Below the pieces are notes generated by a model. The model was not told the origin of the DNA. It made no database searches and saw only the letters and a list, made by a program, of their open reading frames with translations. Of a DNA stretch of 64,000 nucleotides, positions 63,403-64,000 are shown in pieces. Numbering within the stretch: the stretch's first letter is position 1; each line of letters starts with the position of its first letter. This DNA comes from Calcarisporiella thermophila CBS 279.70 (Eukaryota; Fungi; Calcarisporiellomycota). The stretch lies in NCBI RefSeq assembly GCF_041956535.1, contig NW_027192201.1, forward strand, positions 160,060 through 224,059. The letters run 5' to 3'. A program made the translations under genes and the position numbers.

Positions 63403-64000
63403 TTAGCCGACACAGTAAGTAATCGAGGTAGCGTAAGAGGGAATACCCTTCGCGATCTACTTGATCAATTCGCGAAGGAGCTTCGAGATAAATTCGTAGC
63501 CGTTGAAAAGATATTCTAGGTGGCAAAAAAAAGTGACGACACGTGGATTGACACTTAAAGACTCGATATATCAGTCACGTTTCCTAATTAAGCCATCATC
63601 CATATCGAGCAATGAACAGGTAACTGCACACTCCAAGTGTATCATAGATATGGTTTTCTTAAAGCTACCCTGGATTCTCTGGCACGGTGCCGCGTGTACT
63701 CAATAGAGCTTAATTGGATCTTAGTTGGATTAGCCCCCGTCAACTCCATCCAGGTTTGGTTCTAGCAGAAATGCAGATGCACACCAGGTAACTAGGCAAC
63801 TTAAGTTAATTAAAATCATAAGAATATGCGTGTTCAGCACAGTATCCAAGCACAATACCTATTTGTGTATATAATTGACCTTGTGCTATCCCGGGATAGA
63901 CTAGATACTTTATTTTTTTGACAAAAGACAAACAAACAACAATAACTAATAAAATCAACAAAAAAGTTTTTCACACATCTTGATAATATCAGTTTTAGAC

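Overview
Gene-dense eukaryotic DNA with short (mostly 55-130 nt) GT-AG introns and one assembly gap (47174-47637). It is almost certainly fungal (Zn2Cys6 factor, AreA-type GATA factor, ICE2) and probably from an early-diverging, non-Dikarya lineage, because it keeps several animal-like genes. I can support 24 protein-coding genes, including SMARCC/SWI3 (3' end runs off the window), RalGAP-beta, RPD3, ACO1, TTI1, QCR1, RPL28, an ADAM protease, YPK1, an MscS channel and a human-PMS1-type MutL. I saw no transposons, tRNA/rRNA genes or CRISPR arrays. Four things stand out. (1) A ~280-aa protein matching only the N-terminus of the centriolar protein C2CD3, possibly a centriole relic. (2) A box C/D snoRNA in a 5'-UTR intron of the C9orf85 homolog, with a 13-15-nt guide to 18S rRNA helix 34. 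(3) An intronless, divergent pair of nicotianamine synthase and a bacterial-looking polyprenol kinase, possibly horizontally acquired. (4) A duplicated 32-bp element with inverted ends upstream of aconitase. All homology calls come from motif recognition and recalled reference sequences, not database searches, and exon boundaries were inferred by eye.
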